64,000 nt of DNA from Lingula anatina (lineage: Eukaryota > Animalia > Brachiopoda), in the NCBI GenBank assembly GCA_051362555.1, contig CM120640.1:60862788-60926787 (forward strand), given 5' to 3'. Shown here one piece after another: positions 49,701-63,797 of this stretch. Numbering within the stretch: position 1 is the stretch's first letter; each line of letters begins with the position of its first letter. Both the position numbers and the translations under genes were made by a program. The notes under the pieces were generated by a model that was not told where the DNA came from, made no database searches, and worked only from the letters and a program-made list of their open reading frames with translations.

Positions 49701-52700
49701 CGGCTAACCTTGGTCAAATTTTAAAGATGTACTATGTTCCACAACAAAAATTGCCATTTTTATGTACAGACACAGATGTGTCTGTACATATTGCCATCAC
49801 CTGCGTCTGTCGTCGCCGTCCCTGTCGCCGTCGATGTCGCCGTCGCCGTCGCCGTCGCCGTGCACTTTCATCGTTAACACGATAAGTGGAAGACAGTTTT
49901 ACTTTTTGGCTTTATATTTACAGAGCTGATGAATATTCATAAAACGCAGGTCAAGTTCGAAAATCAGCATGTTTGGGCAATTATTGTAGTATTTATGCTG
50001 TGTTTTCACTTTTTAGCATATATGCAACACTGTTAACACATTTCAAGGAAAACCGATAGGCCTGTTGTCATGAAACTCACAGGAGTAATTAATCTTACTA
50101 AAACGCAGATCAAGTTCGAAAATCGGCATGATCGGGCCACTATTTTAGTAGTTATGCTGTTTTTTTCACTTTTCAGCATATGTGCAACACTGTTAACACA
50201 TTTCAAGGAAAACCGATAGACCTGTTGTCATGAAACTCACAGGAGTAATCAATCTTACTAAAATGCAGGTCAAGTTCGAAAATCAGCATAATCGGGGCAT
50301 TATTTTTTAAGTTATGCTGTTTTTAAACATTTCCTCAGATTCAATACTTAGGCATGTTAACAGTCTCATTATTTAACTAATAAGATTCGTAAAAGTGTTT
50401 GTTTGACATTTCCTGCATCTTTACAACATTGTTAGTTGATTATGTAAAAATGATGGTAAACTTGTTATCATGTATTGTATAATAGAGTTTCAAAAATGGA
50501 AATAAACTCATATCATTGCAGTTTGTCAGATTCATTCATTGACTATGTTCAGAAACTCAGAATGGAGGAAATTGGACATTAAACACTGTTCTATTGATAT
50601 TTTTCCCATCTCATCAATTTTCTTAGTTGATCATATATAAATGGCAGTAAATTGTTAATTTTGTTATGTGTTAAAAATGGAAATTGTTAAAAATGGAAAA
50701 AAAAATTTCAGGACAGTGCTGTCTTGTCTACATTTTGGCATTTTCAAGGTGTGACTTTGAAGTTCCTTTGGCCTGAAGACCTTTGCTAGGAACATTTTCT
50801 GAATATTCATGATACTAATATTTTATTATTAAAAATTGATGGTAATTATCCTGTTAAACATTATGTAATAGTGCATCAAAATTTGAAAACACCCCTATTT
50901 TGGACACTGCTCCCATGATGACCATTTAAGGAAAACCATGTCACTTATTGTCTCAAACTTACAAGAAGAAACATGGGACTTAAATAAAGCTTCAGTGGGC
51001 AATGCAGACTATTTGGTAATTTTTTTTGGCAGTTAATCAGCTTTTTGTGAAAATTTAATTTTTCACATATTGGCATTTTCAAGGTGTGACTTAGAACCTC
51101 CACGGGCTTGAAGACCCATGCTAGTCACATTTTCTGAAAATCCACGATACGGATCTTTTATTATTAAAAACTGATGGTCATTATGCTGTTAAGCATTATG
51201 TAATATTGCATTAAAATAGAAGAAAACACAATTTTGGGTGCTGCTGCCATGATGACCATTGTGGGAAAACCATGTTACTTATGAGTGTCAAACTTTCAAA
51301 AAAGAAACAAAGGACTAAAATGCAGCCTGAGTTGGAAAAGCAGTCTAATTGGCTTCTTTTTCTGGAAGTTATACATTTTAGTGAAATATTCATTTTTATC
51401 ATGTTGGCATATTCATTGTGGGACTCGAAGCTCCCATGGACATGAAGCCAAATGGTAATCAAATTTTCTACATGTCCATGCTATTTGTAGTCAATAATCA
51501 AAAATTGGTGATAATTATTCTGTAATTTATTATGTAATGTTACATCAAAATTGACAAAAATCTTTTTGCACTGCTACTACAAACATTATGAAAAGAAAAC
51601 TATGTTACTTATTATTATTTTCAACTTACAAGTACGATTTGTAGGATTGGCATGCAGTTCAAATTAGAAAGCCAGCTCAAATGGGTTATCATTTATTATT
51701 GAATTTAAGCAGTTTTATGTGAAATTTTCATTTTTCTCATTCTGGCATTTTCAAAGTGTGAACTTAAACTCCCATGGGCCTGAATCCTTACGCTTGTTAC
51801 ACATTTCACTTACATTGGTATTACCTGTTGAGCATAATTAAAATTTGATGTTGAATTTGCAGTTAAGCATAATGTACTTTTGCATCAGAATTGACAGTAG
51901 CCTGTTTTGTACATTGTTATTGTCTGCTTTTTGTCTGTACATTTGACAGCTTTGCTGCCTTGTTGTCATTTTACAATAACATAATTTAACTACCATGAAA
52001 AACTACCATGATTTTTATGTACAGACACAGATGTGTCTGTACATATTGCCATCACCTGCGTCTGTCGTCGCCGTCGCCGATGCCGATGGCGATGCCGATG
52101 CCGATGCCGTCGCCGGCGCCGTGCACTTTCCTTGTAAACACGATAAGTGGAAGGCAGTTTCACTTTTTGGCTTTATATTTACAGAGCTGATGAATATTCA
52201 TAAAACGCAGGTCAAGTTCGAAAATCAGCATGATCGGGCCATTATTGTAGAAGTTATGCTGTTTTTTCACTTTTCAGCATATATGCAACCTTGTAAACAC
52301 ATTTCAAGGAAAACCGTTAGGCTTGTTGTCACAAAACTCACAGGAGTAATCAATCTTACTAAAACGCAGGTCAAGTTCGAAAATCAGCATGATCTGGCCA
52401 CTATTTTAGTAGTTATGCGGTTTTTTCATTGTTCAGCATATATGCAACACTGTAAACACAATATAAGAAAAACAGAAAGCCCAATTGTCATTAAACTCAC
52501 AGGAATGGTCAGTCTTACTAAAACGCAGGTTGAGTTCGAAAATCAGCATAATCGGGGCATTATTTTAGAAGTTATGCTGTTTTTTCACATTTCCTCAGAT
52601 TTCCTCAGATTTAATTCTTAGGCATCTTAAAAGCCTTATTATTTAAGTAATAAGATACGTAAAAGTGTTTGTTTGACATTTCCTGCATCTTTACAACATT

Positions 52701-55060
52701 GTTAGTTGGTTATATAAAAATGATGGTAAACTTGTTATCATGTATTGTGTAATCAAGTGTCAAAAACGGAAATAAACTCATATCATTGCAGTTTGTCAGA
52801 TTCAATCATCCACTATGTTCAGAATCTCAGAATGGAGGAAATTGGACATTTAACACTGTTCTATTGATACTTTTCTCATCTCATCAATTTTCTTAGTTGG
52901 TCATAAAAAAATGGCAGTAAAATGTTTATTTTGTTTTATGTTAAAAAAGTGTTAAAAACGGAAATAAACCCATGTCAGAACAGTGCTGTCTTGTTTCACA
53001 TTTCCTCAGATTCAATTCTTAGGCATGTTAACAGTCTCATTATTTAACTAATAAGACATGTTAAAGTGTTTGGTTGACATTTCCTGTATCTTTACAACAT
53101 TATTAGTTGATTATGTAAAACTGAAGGTAAACTTGTTATCATGTATTGTGTAATAAAGTTTCAAAAATGGAAATAAACTCATATCATTGCAGTTTGTCAG
53201 ATGCAATCATTCACTATGTTTAGAATCTCAGAATGGAGGAAATTGGACATTTAACACTGTTGTATTTATATTTTTCCCATCTTATCAATTTTCTTAGTTG
53301 ATCATATAAAGATGGCAATAACCTGTTAATTTTGTTTTATGTTAAAAAAATTGTTAAAAATGGAAAAAAAAAAAACATTTCAGAACAGTGCTGTCTTGTT
53401 TACATTTTGGCATTTTCAAGTTGTGACTTTGAAGTTCCATATGGGCCTGAAGACCTTTGCTAGTCACATTTTCTGAATATCCATGATACTAATATTTTAT
53501 TATTAAAATTGATGGTCATTATGCTGTTAAACATTATGTAATATTGCATCAAAATTTGAAAAAAAAACTATTTTGGGCACTGCTCCCATGATGACCATTT
53601 AAGAAAAACAATGTCACTTACTGTTCTCAAACAGTACAGTAAATATGTACAGATGTGTCTGTACATATTGCCATCACCTGTATCTGCCGTCGCCGCCGTC
53701 ACTGTCGCCGGCGCTGGCGCCGTGCACTTTCATTGTAAACATGATAAGTGGAAGGCAGTTTTACTTTTTGGCTGTATGTTTACAGAGCTGATGAATATTC
53801 ATAAAACGCAGGTCAAGTTCGAAAATCAGCATGATCGGGCCATTTTAAGGGAAGTTATGCTGTTTTTTAACTTTTCAGCATATATGCAACACTGTAAACA
53901 CATTTCAAGGAAAACTGATAGGCCTGTTGTCATGAAACTCACAGGAGTAATCGATCTTATTATAACGCAGGTCAGGTTTGAAAATCGGCATCGGGCCACT
54001 GTTTTAGTAGTTATGCTTTTTTCTTCACTTTTCAGCATATATGCAACACAGTAAATACAATATAAGAAAAACAGATGGTCACAGGAGTGGTCATTCCTGC
54101 TAAAATGCAGGTTGAGTTCAAAAATCAGCTTAATCGGGCCATTATTTCAAAGAAATGCCGTTTTTTCACATTTCCTCAGATTCATTTCTTAGGCATGTTA
54201 ACAGTTTCATTATTTAATTAATAAGATACGTAAAAGTGTTTGTTTGGCATTTCCTGCATCTTTACAACATTATTAGTTGATTATGTAAAAATGATGGTAA
54301 ACTTGTTATCGTGTATTGTGTAATAAAGTTTCAAAAATGGAAATAAACTCATATCATTGCAGTTTGTCAGATTCAGTCATTAAAATTTTGCATCAGAATT
54401 GACAGTAGCCTATTTTGTGCATAGTTATTTCCTGTTTTTTGTCTGTACATTTGACAGCTTTGCTGCCTTGTTTTTCTTTTTGCTTTCAGACCCTCCAAGA
54501 ACATCTGAGAAGTTTTAAAGGACAGTTTGATAACATTTTAGCATTAGAACCCACTGGATGGACTCATTCAGGAAAGACCCTATCACTGAATAATATCAAA
54601 CCAAAAGTGAAGAAGAAAGGTATAACAATATATGGTAAGAAGCATTCTTTGAAGCCTACTTAGTAAATTAAATTGAAATTCTTATTTCCCAAATTCTTCA
54701 TGGTGCATTGATAGTTATCTCAAATCAAAATAAAAGAAGTCATGACATAAAACTATTTATCTTTTGTTCCAAGCATAAGCACACATCTACATGTGTCACT
54801 TGCATATATAACATTGATTTCCAATCTGAAACTATTTTGCTGTTGGATATCATTTCTCAGGTGTGCCTTACAGTGAGCACAGTAGTTACACAGAACTGAA
54901 GAACTTTGTCCAAGCTCTCCAACCTGACCAGATACTGCCAACTGTAAACAATGGAAATCCTACTAGTAGACGTAAAATGGAATCTTTATTCAAATCCTGG
55001 TTACAAGAAAAGAAAGTACATTCTCAGCAAATTTTATTGAGCACTTGGTGCAAAAATTGA
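43708..55060 (+). CDS. DCLRE1A: DNA cross-link repair 1A (SNM1A) MBL/beta-CASP exonuclease (~855 aa)
   Basis: Exons 43708-44083, 45199-45345, 45716-45856, 46110-46970, 47191-47324, 47813-47931, 48446-48589, 48833-48978, 49200-49354, 54490-54634, 54861-55060 (2568 nt, in frame). [19 protein letters not shown]-like C..C...[57 protein letters not shown]. Confidence 0.93.
49392..49648. mobile_element. 257-bp near-perfect palindromic MITE (Harbinger-like)
   Basis: ggcttcgttcacatgcaatgtctattttcta...tagaaaatagacattgcatgtgaacgaagcc; 3-bp TSD TAT on both sides. Confidence 0.9.
49757..54472 (+). mobile_element. Head-to-tail array of three HINE/Helentron-like non-autonomous elements
   Basis: Units start at ~49757, 52012 and 53644 with (tttt)tatgtacagacacagatgtgtctgtacata, then a (cgtcgc)n-like microsatellite and three ~160-bp core repeats. 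3' ends gtctgtacatttgacagctttgctgccttgtt at ~51964 and ~54472. Confidence 0.8.
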
Positions 55061-56784
55061 CTAGTAAATTTAATTAAAATATTGATTCTAGTCACATTTT
55101 TCTTTAACAGAATATATGTTACCAGCCATGTTAATTGTGCATTTTGAAATTATATTGTATATGGTTCTATCATGCCATTCAGATATGGTATCAGTCATGG
55201 CAACATCTAGTTCGCATCATGGTTTAACAGTGTAATGTTGGGGTCTTTTTGTTACCCTCTTCGAGGTGTAAGACCATTTACCACAATTGCTTTTAGAATG
55301 GAAAAGCTCCTCTCCTCAGACTAAGTGTACGCTTTTTTTAAACCCTCTATAGTCCTCAATAGCCCTCTATAGTTCTCAATAAATTTAAAAAATAAAAAAT
55401 AAAAATCAGGAGCATTTACCCTAATTTATATTTCATATTATTTGTCAACTCCCACAATGATGGCAATTGAAAATTTAACTTTGATTGTAAGACTGACAAG
55501 AATATTTTCATTTTATCCAATAAAATTTATTGGCTGAAAATATACTGTCTTTATATGTGAAATAGTTTCATAATCATTTCGACAAGTGCAGATAACTTTA
55601 ACCAAAACAGACTGAATACATTACATGTGCATATATATATATATATGACAATATTTCTACTTTAATGTGGTCTCAGTTATCTGAAGGTTCCTGCCTTTAC
55701 TTTTTTACATTGGATAATAAAATAAGACCTGGAGCATAATTTAAAGCATTTGTTAAAGAAGTTTAGACATTCATAGTGTACAATGTAATAAGTCTTTTCA
55801 TCTTCCTCTTTAAATTGTTGCACCAGTAAATTCATTTATATTTTGACTGATACTATTCATATTTGATAATTTATTCACATGATTTATTGTATTTTTATGG
55901 ATAGCAATTTACTTTTTGTGTGTATTTTTCACCAAAATATTATTTAGATGGAGTGTTCTACAGTATTTTGAATAAGAAAAATTAAATAAGGAGAATAATA
56001 AAGATATGGTACTAGTAAATGTTCTTTAATAGTAGATCTTGTTTCTTGTTCAGTTGTTATCTGTACAGAAAAAATGTTTATGGTCTTTGTCAAACATTTT
56101 CAAAATTTTGTGAAAATTTGATGTATAAATAGCTTGATTCAAAGCTTGCTAGTATGTGTGGAGCAAAAACCTTTTCATAAGATTTTAACTTTCAAACATT
56201 GATACCTCACACTTTCTTACAGTATGGCAATTATATTTCAAATCTGCTGCCCCTACAACTTGAAGTCATTTTAAAAAAGGACCAGAGTTTGATAAAGTTG
56301 AAATAAGTATCGGATAACAGTTCAGAATAACGAAGACGGAATGTATGCCACTAGCAAACGCGTGTAGGGCTTTTTAAGTTAAAATATTTTTGCTATAGGG
56401 ACAATTATCTTCTCTAATATAATCAAATTTTCTTAATTGGGTAACAACCGAGGCATCAAATATACGAGTTAACCCTATTGATAATTGCATCATTTTTTCC
56501 ACTTGTTTGGCAACATCTTTGACCTGAAACGTGAGCACGGTGTTTTCTTTAAACAGAAAATTACGTCAAGGTTATTTTAAGCACCCCCTTCCTCCGCCCC
56601 TTTCCTAGTCCAATAACACTTGATATTACCTCAGGTTATGTCAAATTGAACGCTTAATATAATATGCAAAGACCAAGATCAACAATCCATAACATTTATG
56701 ACTCACACTGTCTCAATGATGGAAAATTTTAAACTTAAGTGGGCAAACTAGACCTTTCTAGAAAGATCTTAAAATAAGGGCTGC

Positions 56785-57028
56785 ATTCACGTAAACAGGA
56801 GGCGGGGCTTTCGGGAACTGCACGCGCTGTGATTGGTTAGAGGTCACGTTACCATTCGTCAAAAGGCTGGTCTAAACCAGTTGACAGAATCAAAACAACA
56901 AAATCGAGAGAAGGAGCTGAAAGTAGCATATGAATTCCAGAAAGCTTGTGCCATTTTTGCAGTTACAACGCCAATAAGAGGTTCAATTTTATAAATATTT
57001 GATTCGGTAGGTGCAGAAGATTTAATCG
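56785..57028 (+). promoter_or_regulatory. Putative CREBRF promoter and non-coding first exon
   Basis: GTAAACA (FOXO-type, 56791), GC box GGCGGGG (56801), reverse CCAAT (56832), GTCACGT (~56844), donor CG|gtaagt at 57028/57029. Confidence 0.55.
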
Positions 57029-59070
57029 GTAAGTCTTTAGATTTTTTAAGATGTTATTTTTATGCAAAACGGTGTTTGCGAGAGGTAGGATGATGGGGTA
57101 TTTTTCTGTTGCCTGTTGATGAGCAATAGCCTCATGACTGCTGACTCGACAAATTTTTGCTGTTCAGTTTTGTCAGTAGCATTATAAGAAATACCTGTTG
57201 ACTTTCATGAATTTGTCAAAGGTTGGTTTGCAACCATGCAGGGCAGTTGGATTGAGAATTAACCTTGACATCCGTGTGACCTTCAACTAACTGCATACAT
57301 ATCTGTTTTGGAGTCAATAAGGATGTTTACGTGTAACAGTGACCTGAATCTAGAGAAGTATGAAAAGAATCCATACTCGGATGTGTGACATGATATTATT
57401 TTGTCTCTTTTCTTTACTGTCCATCACTAAGTTCTTCATTGAATTCCTTATCTACAAGACTCAAAATTTCTCCACTGGTATCTCATCGTTTGTAGCTTAC
57501 ACTGTTTTGAAGGTGAGAGAGTCGTGTCACTCATGAAATTTTTGGTCCACAAAATTGTTTTTGTATTCTATTTACATAGTGACAGGTAATAAGCAAAGCG
57601 CAGTCACACATCTGACTAGTTATTTTAAAAGTGCTAATTGTTCAAATGCTGTAAGATTTAAATTCAGTAGAAATGTACTTGGTTTTGGCTGTCATACATG
57701 ATAGATTGGAATGTTGCCAACATACAACTACATGTATTGGTTTGTCATGCATTTGCCCATGAAAGAGAAAATATTTCAATTCACAAATTGATAATCGCTT
57801 ATTGGATCACTAACCCTGCCTTGAATTTCTTCGGTTTTATCAAAAGTGTTATTTTGACAGATTCCAAAGATGGTGTCATATATGTTTTGCCTTTTAATAA
57901 ACATGGTAGGGCAAGACTCCTTGGTCAATTCTGTTATCATAAGATACTGTAGGCTATTACAATTATGCAGATTATACCAATTTGTGTACATTTTTTAATA
58001 TTCAAGATCCAGCATTGTTAGTGAATACCTATCCTCTACTAGGGGCACAGATTGATTCTTCAACTAGATGTTCACTGATTTGTCTCTGGCTAATTCACAG
58101 GGCATTTTTTAGACTGTGACTCTGTCATGAACTCTCAAGGATAATTACAGGGCTGGTAATTATTTACTTAACTACTCAGGCACTGCCACTTAACAAGCCC
58201 TTTTCACATCCCTCTTACTGCAATCAAGGCAGTTAATTGCTCTGACTTTGAATGCCTGATTTGCTGTACTCGATCTTGGCTGTAGACTTGATCAGTCAGT
58301 GAAACTAAAAACCACGGAAATAGACTGCATAGTATCACACTAGCCTACCATAACATGACAATTTGAAATTGGTTCACCCAAATAAAATCTTGCAATAAGG
58401 TTGTGATCTCCAGTTCAACATAAGATTCGGTATTAGATTCATTTTTCTCAATATAACTGGACCACAATGAATCAAAACTTTCACTTTAATATCACCAAGT
58501 CTTGTTCATTCAAGATTTGAAAGGTTTACACTTGAAGAAGATAGTTGAATCAATCATCTGTTTCTACCGTTATTTATAGATTTATTCACTTCTAGGCTGG
58601 ATTACCGCAATTTTGTATTATGTGGATGTCCAGATGATAAGACTAAAAGATTATACCACATACATAAATTTAGTGCCTGGCACACCTACGTAAGCTGCTA
58701 GTTGGTAATTATGATAGTCCATGAAACTAAAAACCACTATTTTATGTTTTTTAGTGACAAAATTTTATGTTTTTAGTGGTAAAATCTAAATAAAGTTATT
58801 GTAAATCATGGAACCCCTTTGTAGTACACATGCCCAACCCCTGATAACCATTGGAATTTTTCTGAGCCAAGGTAATAGAGAAAATCAATAAACCAAAAAC
58901 AATACTCTTACTCCCAAACTGCTGATAACGTCATCAGCAAAATGACGATATTTAATTTAAAGATGATGAAAGTCCATGAACATAATTTGATAGTATCATA
59001 ACAACCATTTTTATTTTAATGAAGGTGTTTTCTTAGCCTGAAATCCATGATGGGATATATATCCTTGACA

Positions 59071-59238
59071 TAGGCCCGTAGCCAGCAATTTCAAAAGGGG
59101 GGTTCTTTTTCTGAAAAAGTGGACCTTTTCCCATAAAACCTTCATGTACCTAGAACAAATTTTACCCAGAGTGGACCTTTTCCCAGCAAAAGGGGCAGTT
59201 CTTTTGAACCCCCCGAACCCACCCTGGCTACGGGCCTG
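59071..59238. mobile_element. MITE with (C/T)AGGCCCGTAGCCAG TIRs
   Basis: 6-bp TSD TTGACA (59065-59070, 59239-59244); degraded inverted relative at ~6070-6230. Confidence 0.85.
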
Positions 59239-59926
59239 TTGACATTTACCTGTTCCTTTACAGTCTTGTGGCTCGGCTCACAGTTTGATTTAAGTGAATT
59301 TGAGACAATAATGCACATTCAATGTGGAAAAATATTTTTGCTTTACTTGTTATTAGGGATATTAATTTGAGATGATACAATTAGAAGATCAGGAATATAA
59401 CAGTTCAGTTTGTTTCTATTGAAGACTTAGTGTTACCAGTCATGTTACATTTTGTAAACTATGTATTGGGTATCTTTTAGCAGTTATCACTGTTAGATAA
59501 TGTATGTAAAAGGAGAAAATCACTAGAGAAAAAAGTCATTGTGCTAGGAGTCTTCTAATGTAAACTCTTTTCCCCCTCCTCTCTAACAGTAAATCTCTTG
59601 TTGTTTCCTTTAATTGAGATTTAAATCTTTTGTTTTGTGTTAATAGTACTGTTGGGGGTGGGGGGATGGTTACATATGACAGTCAAGTCAAGTGAAGTGA
59701 AGAGTTCCACATAATGTATGTTTTGCAACAGTTTTTGCATGAAAAATCCAAAGTTACCATTAAGTCATTTTACTTGAGTCTAGACTTATTCCCACAGTTT
59801 ATACGTCCATGATTTCAGGTGACTTGGAACATATTGCAAATAATCCTTTTCATACGAGCATAAAAGTCTATCACATTGGCAAATAAGGACAGTGGTTTTC
59901 AAGGTGACATTTGTGCTATCAGTTCC

Positions 59927-62900
59927 ATGACTGTTGACCAGTACAAGCCAAGCATGATTGGGGTAAGTACCCATAGATATGAAGGCATGTGCTTTTGTGT
60001 GATATGGGATTTTTGGATTTCAAGTCCAGTGGTTGCTGGTCAACAGAAGCAAATTGATTCACCATAGGACACCTGTAACAAATACTAAAAATTTCTCTTC
60101 TAAATATTTGGTATGCCATTCAAGTTCAGAATATTTGTGTTATGTTATTGTTATTGTCAATTTTGAATAAATGATATTCTGTCATATTGCCAAAACGGAA
60201 ACATTTAAACGTATGCCATTCTTGAGTTACATTAGTTGAGGAATGAACACATGCAATTTGTTTATTAAATGATTGTAGCACTGCTGAAATAAGCCTATTT
60301 TATCAAAACTTGGGTATTTCTTTTAACTCACCAGCCCACTAACCTCAAAAGCCTTGCACCAATTAAATTAGTTGAGGAAGCTGGAGAACGGCCCTAATTA
60401 GATTAATATTAAACTTTTGCAGCATGTAATGTCAATTGCAATTTTAGAGTTGTGCGTGAATTGTAAATTATTGATGTATTGTAAATTAGCACCTGTCTTG
60501 ATTGTTTTGTAGCAACCAAATCCAGGGGGTGGAACAGTGGGAGAAATGATCTCTGAAAGGGGCCCATATAGTCCAGAATGCCATGGAATTGTGCCACAGT
60601 TAACTTATGATTCATATTCTGGGAATACTGCATTTGCTTCTAGTCCAAACTCACTGCATATGTACGACCAAGAAAGGTGTGACATGCAGAACACACTGAG
60701 TCCTTGTAGAGCTATGCTGAACTATGATACAGCTTACAGATTTGATGATGTATTTGATCTCAAACCCGAGTTTGAAAATGGTGACAATAATCTTGGAGCC
60801 ATGCTTGAGGATCTCCCAATGACTGAGGATATGGATGAGGATTCTCTGTGCAAGTGGACAACTAATAATGCTGGGCTTCTGAAGATGGAAGACGTGTTCC
60901 AGGTGGATAAAAATGATGTGATACAAGGACCAACTCTTGCAGCACTGAACAGTCCATCTGCTGATGATCAAGGGGAAATGTTTGAGAACACATTGGAAAA
61001 TCTGATTAAAGTGGAAGGTGAGAAAATGGCCTGCAATCCAATGCAGAGGAGTCAAGTAGGAACTCTGAAGCTTGCAAACACAGCTTCTAGATCTTCTGAC
61101 AATTATTGCCCAAATTTCCCTGCTACCGTTGAAAAACCCACAGGACAAAAAACCCAGTCATCTCATGTTAGTGGAACTGATTTCACCTATTCAGGAGTAT
61201 TCTCCATTTATGGGGATGGCGGAAATTGTGTTGCGGCCGGCAATGACAGGGACATAGATTCCAAAAGTTCCCTGCACCAATTGCTGACAAGGGGCACTCA
61301 TAACCTTGATCAAAAAAACACTAAAAGTAACATTTCCACAGAAAAAAGAAAGCAACCTTCTGGTGAGATTCCAGTCAAATGTGTTGATAACAACATGGAA
61401 CGAAAATGGGAGGAGATCAAGCAGTTCATTGATGAGGATGTTGTTGTGAAAGAAGAACCGCTTGATGGAGATGGTGAGCAGTAATTTTTTTGCATTCATG
61501 AATGTATTATGTCTTATGGTTATCTGTGATATATTTCGACATTTATTCATATTTGTTTATTTTAACACAGCACATTCAGTTACATGCATTTTTGTTAACA
61601 TTTTCAGAAGAAACTGTCGGACTTGAAAAATTTCCATGTTCATTTTTTTTTGTACAATAGTAATAAGTGCCACCAAGTTTCACTTAGTATGTTTTAAAGT
61701 TGTGAGCAATGTGATGCAAGTCATTTGCATAATGTAATTAGAATCATAATATATAGAGAATCCTGAGAACTATTCATTGGTGGAAAAGAGTGAAGATGAA
61801 GAAATGACAAGTGATGATGAGAGTGATGATAATGATGGGTACTCGACAGATGATGGTAAGTTCAAATTCTAGTGACATATGACCTGCATTTGGCCAGTTA
61901 CATTGCTCTCAATCACACACATTTCTTGAATGTTTTCTTCATCTTTTTCCATTTCACAATAGTTGCTTGAAATCTTGTTTTCCCTGCTCAAAACATGGGT
62001 TTATTTGATTTTGCATATATAGCCACCAGTCATAGCCTTAGGACTCTCCATGAGGTTGTTCTGTACGTGGCATGCCTCTCCATGTATTGGAATTATGATT
62101 TTTCTGTCAATTCAATTTTGCAGATAGTTTCATATTTGAAAAAATGCCTAGCTAGACATTAGATTTCAAAGTATATGACTTCATAATTCTCATATTGCAC
62201 ATGCCGTTTTGCATGCAAAGATGCTTACATTGATGCATATTTGGAATATATCTATATCTGATACCTAGCAACAACCTGAATCAAATTTTTGCAAAAAATT
62301 CCAAATTTACATAGTTGTGTTATGTTAAATTCTTTGGATCCCTCTACTCTAATTAAAATTATTTAAGCTTAACATGATCTGGAAGGGTTAGTTCTAAAAA
62401 TGTTATAATTTACTTTATGCCATTTCAGGTCCCACTAGTGTTTCCAGTCCTCAGATCCACGAACACAGTGCCTACTCATACCTTAATCAACCAAAGAGGA
62501 ACTCCTACTTTTGGCAATACAATGTGCAATCAAAAGGCCCAAAAGGGCAGCGTCTTTGTGTTCCCTTAGACGAAAGTGACCCACATGTGTTGAATGACTT
62601 TGAAGACCCAGTTTTTGACCCAGGCCAGAGGGCAGTGTTTGGTATAAGACATGGTGGAAAAGCAAGAAAAGGAGATGGCAATGATGTGGTGCCAAATCCA
62701 AGGAAACTTTATCAGATTGGCAATGAACTTGACAGGCTGAACAAGCACATTGGGGATATGACACCAGTTAGTGAGCTGCCGGTAAATGTGCGTTCCAAAT
62801 CACGTAGAGAGAAGAATAAGCTGGCATCCAGGTATGTGTAACATAAGGCTTTTGAACTTACTGCCTTTATTTTCAACGGGCACTATAAACGGGCAAAGCT

Positions 62901-63797
62901 TTTGCGACTTGGAGCCTCAGATTTGTGAGCAAGGATGCCCAAATTGAGGACTTGAGCGGAAAATGAGTACTCGCACATACAATTAGTAGCCACTAGCAAA
63001 GCATTACAACGCACAACCACTCTCTCACTGTGTTTGTGTCTACAAATTTCCCCCCTGGGGTACTTAATTTGTGGCTCAAGTCTGAATTTGAGCATTCATG
63101 CTCAAAGATCTAAGGCTTGTGGCTTGTCTCTTAGTTGAAATCTCCCAAAAAATTTGTCTTTCTTAAAGTAGAATACATTACCATTTGTACTCAAAAATGT
63201 TATTGCATTATATTTTTATCAGTTGATAATTAGATTTTAGCACGTTATTTCATTTTTTTTTTTTTTTTAAATTTGATATCAAGATTAAATTGTTTTGATC
63301 ATCTTACAGTATTTGGTAATAATGAAATGTGAACATATCTTGAAATTACATCTTTTTTTATTTTAGGGCATGTCGTTTGAAGAAAAAAGCTCAGCATGAA
63401 GCTAATAAAGTCAAACTTTATGGATTGAATAAAGAGCACAGTACGTTTTGATGAGGCTTTATAACAGTATATATTTAGAAACATTTCAATTAACATCTAG
63501 ATTTATACCTAATTGGATTTTTATTAGCCAAAGTAATCCTGTCATACCTATGTCAGTCTTTCTGAAATAATAAAACATTGATTATGTGCTTAAATTATTT
63601 TGAAATTATAGTCGGAGATGCCCTTGTTTGATGATTTGGTGTTATATTTCATCTGGTAATTGAGAATGTCATACTTCCAGGGCAACTAATGAAGGTGCTC
63701 AATGATTTCCGGGAGGTGATTACAGCAAGATGTAAGGATCCTTACACAAACTTCAGTGTTGCATCCTCTTTGGATCAGCTAATCAGAGATAATCTGA
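59927..63797 (+). CDS. CREBRF: CREB3 regulatory factor / REPTOR-like bZIP protein, 3' end beyond the window
   Basis: Exons 59927-59962, 60513-61473, 61757-61855, 62429-62831, 63367-63440, 63681-63797. Motifs QGPTLAALN, acidic tract, [53 protein letters not shown]. Start codon uncertain. Confidence 0.9.

Noticed and set aside
51995-54054. ORFs of 208 aa and 147 aa with repeated [10 protein letters not shown]
   Set aside because: Chance translation of ~159-bp core repeats of the HINE-like element inside an intron
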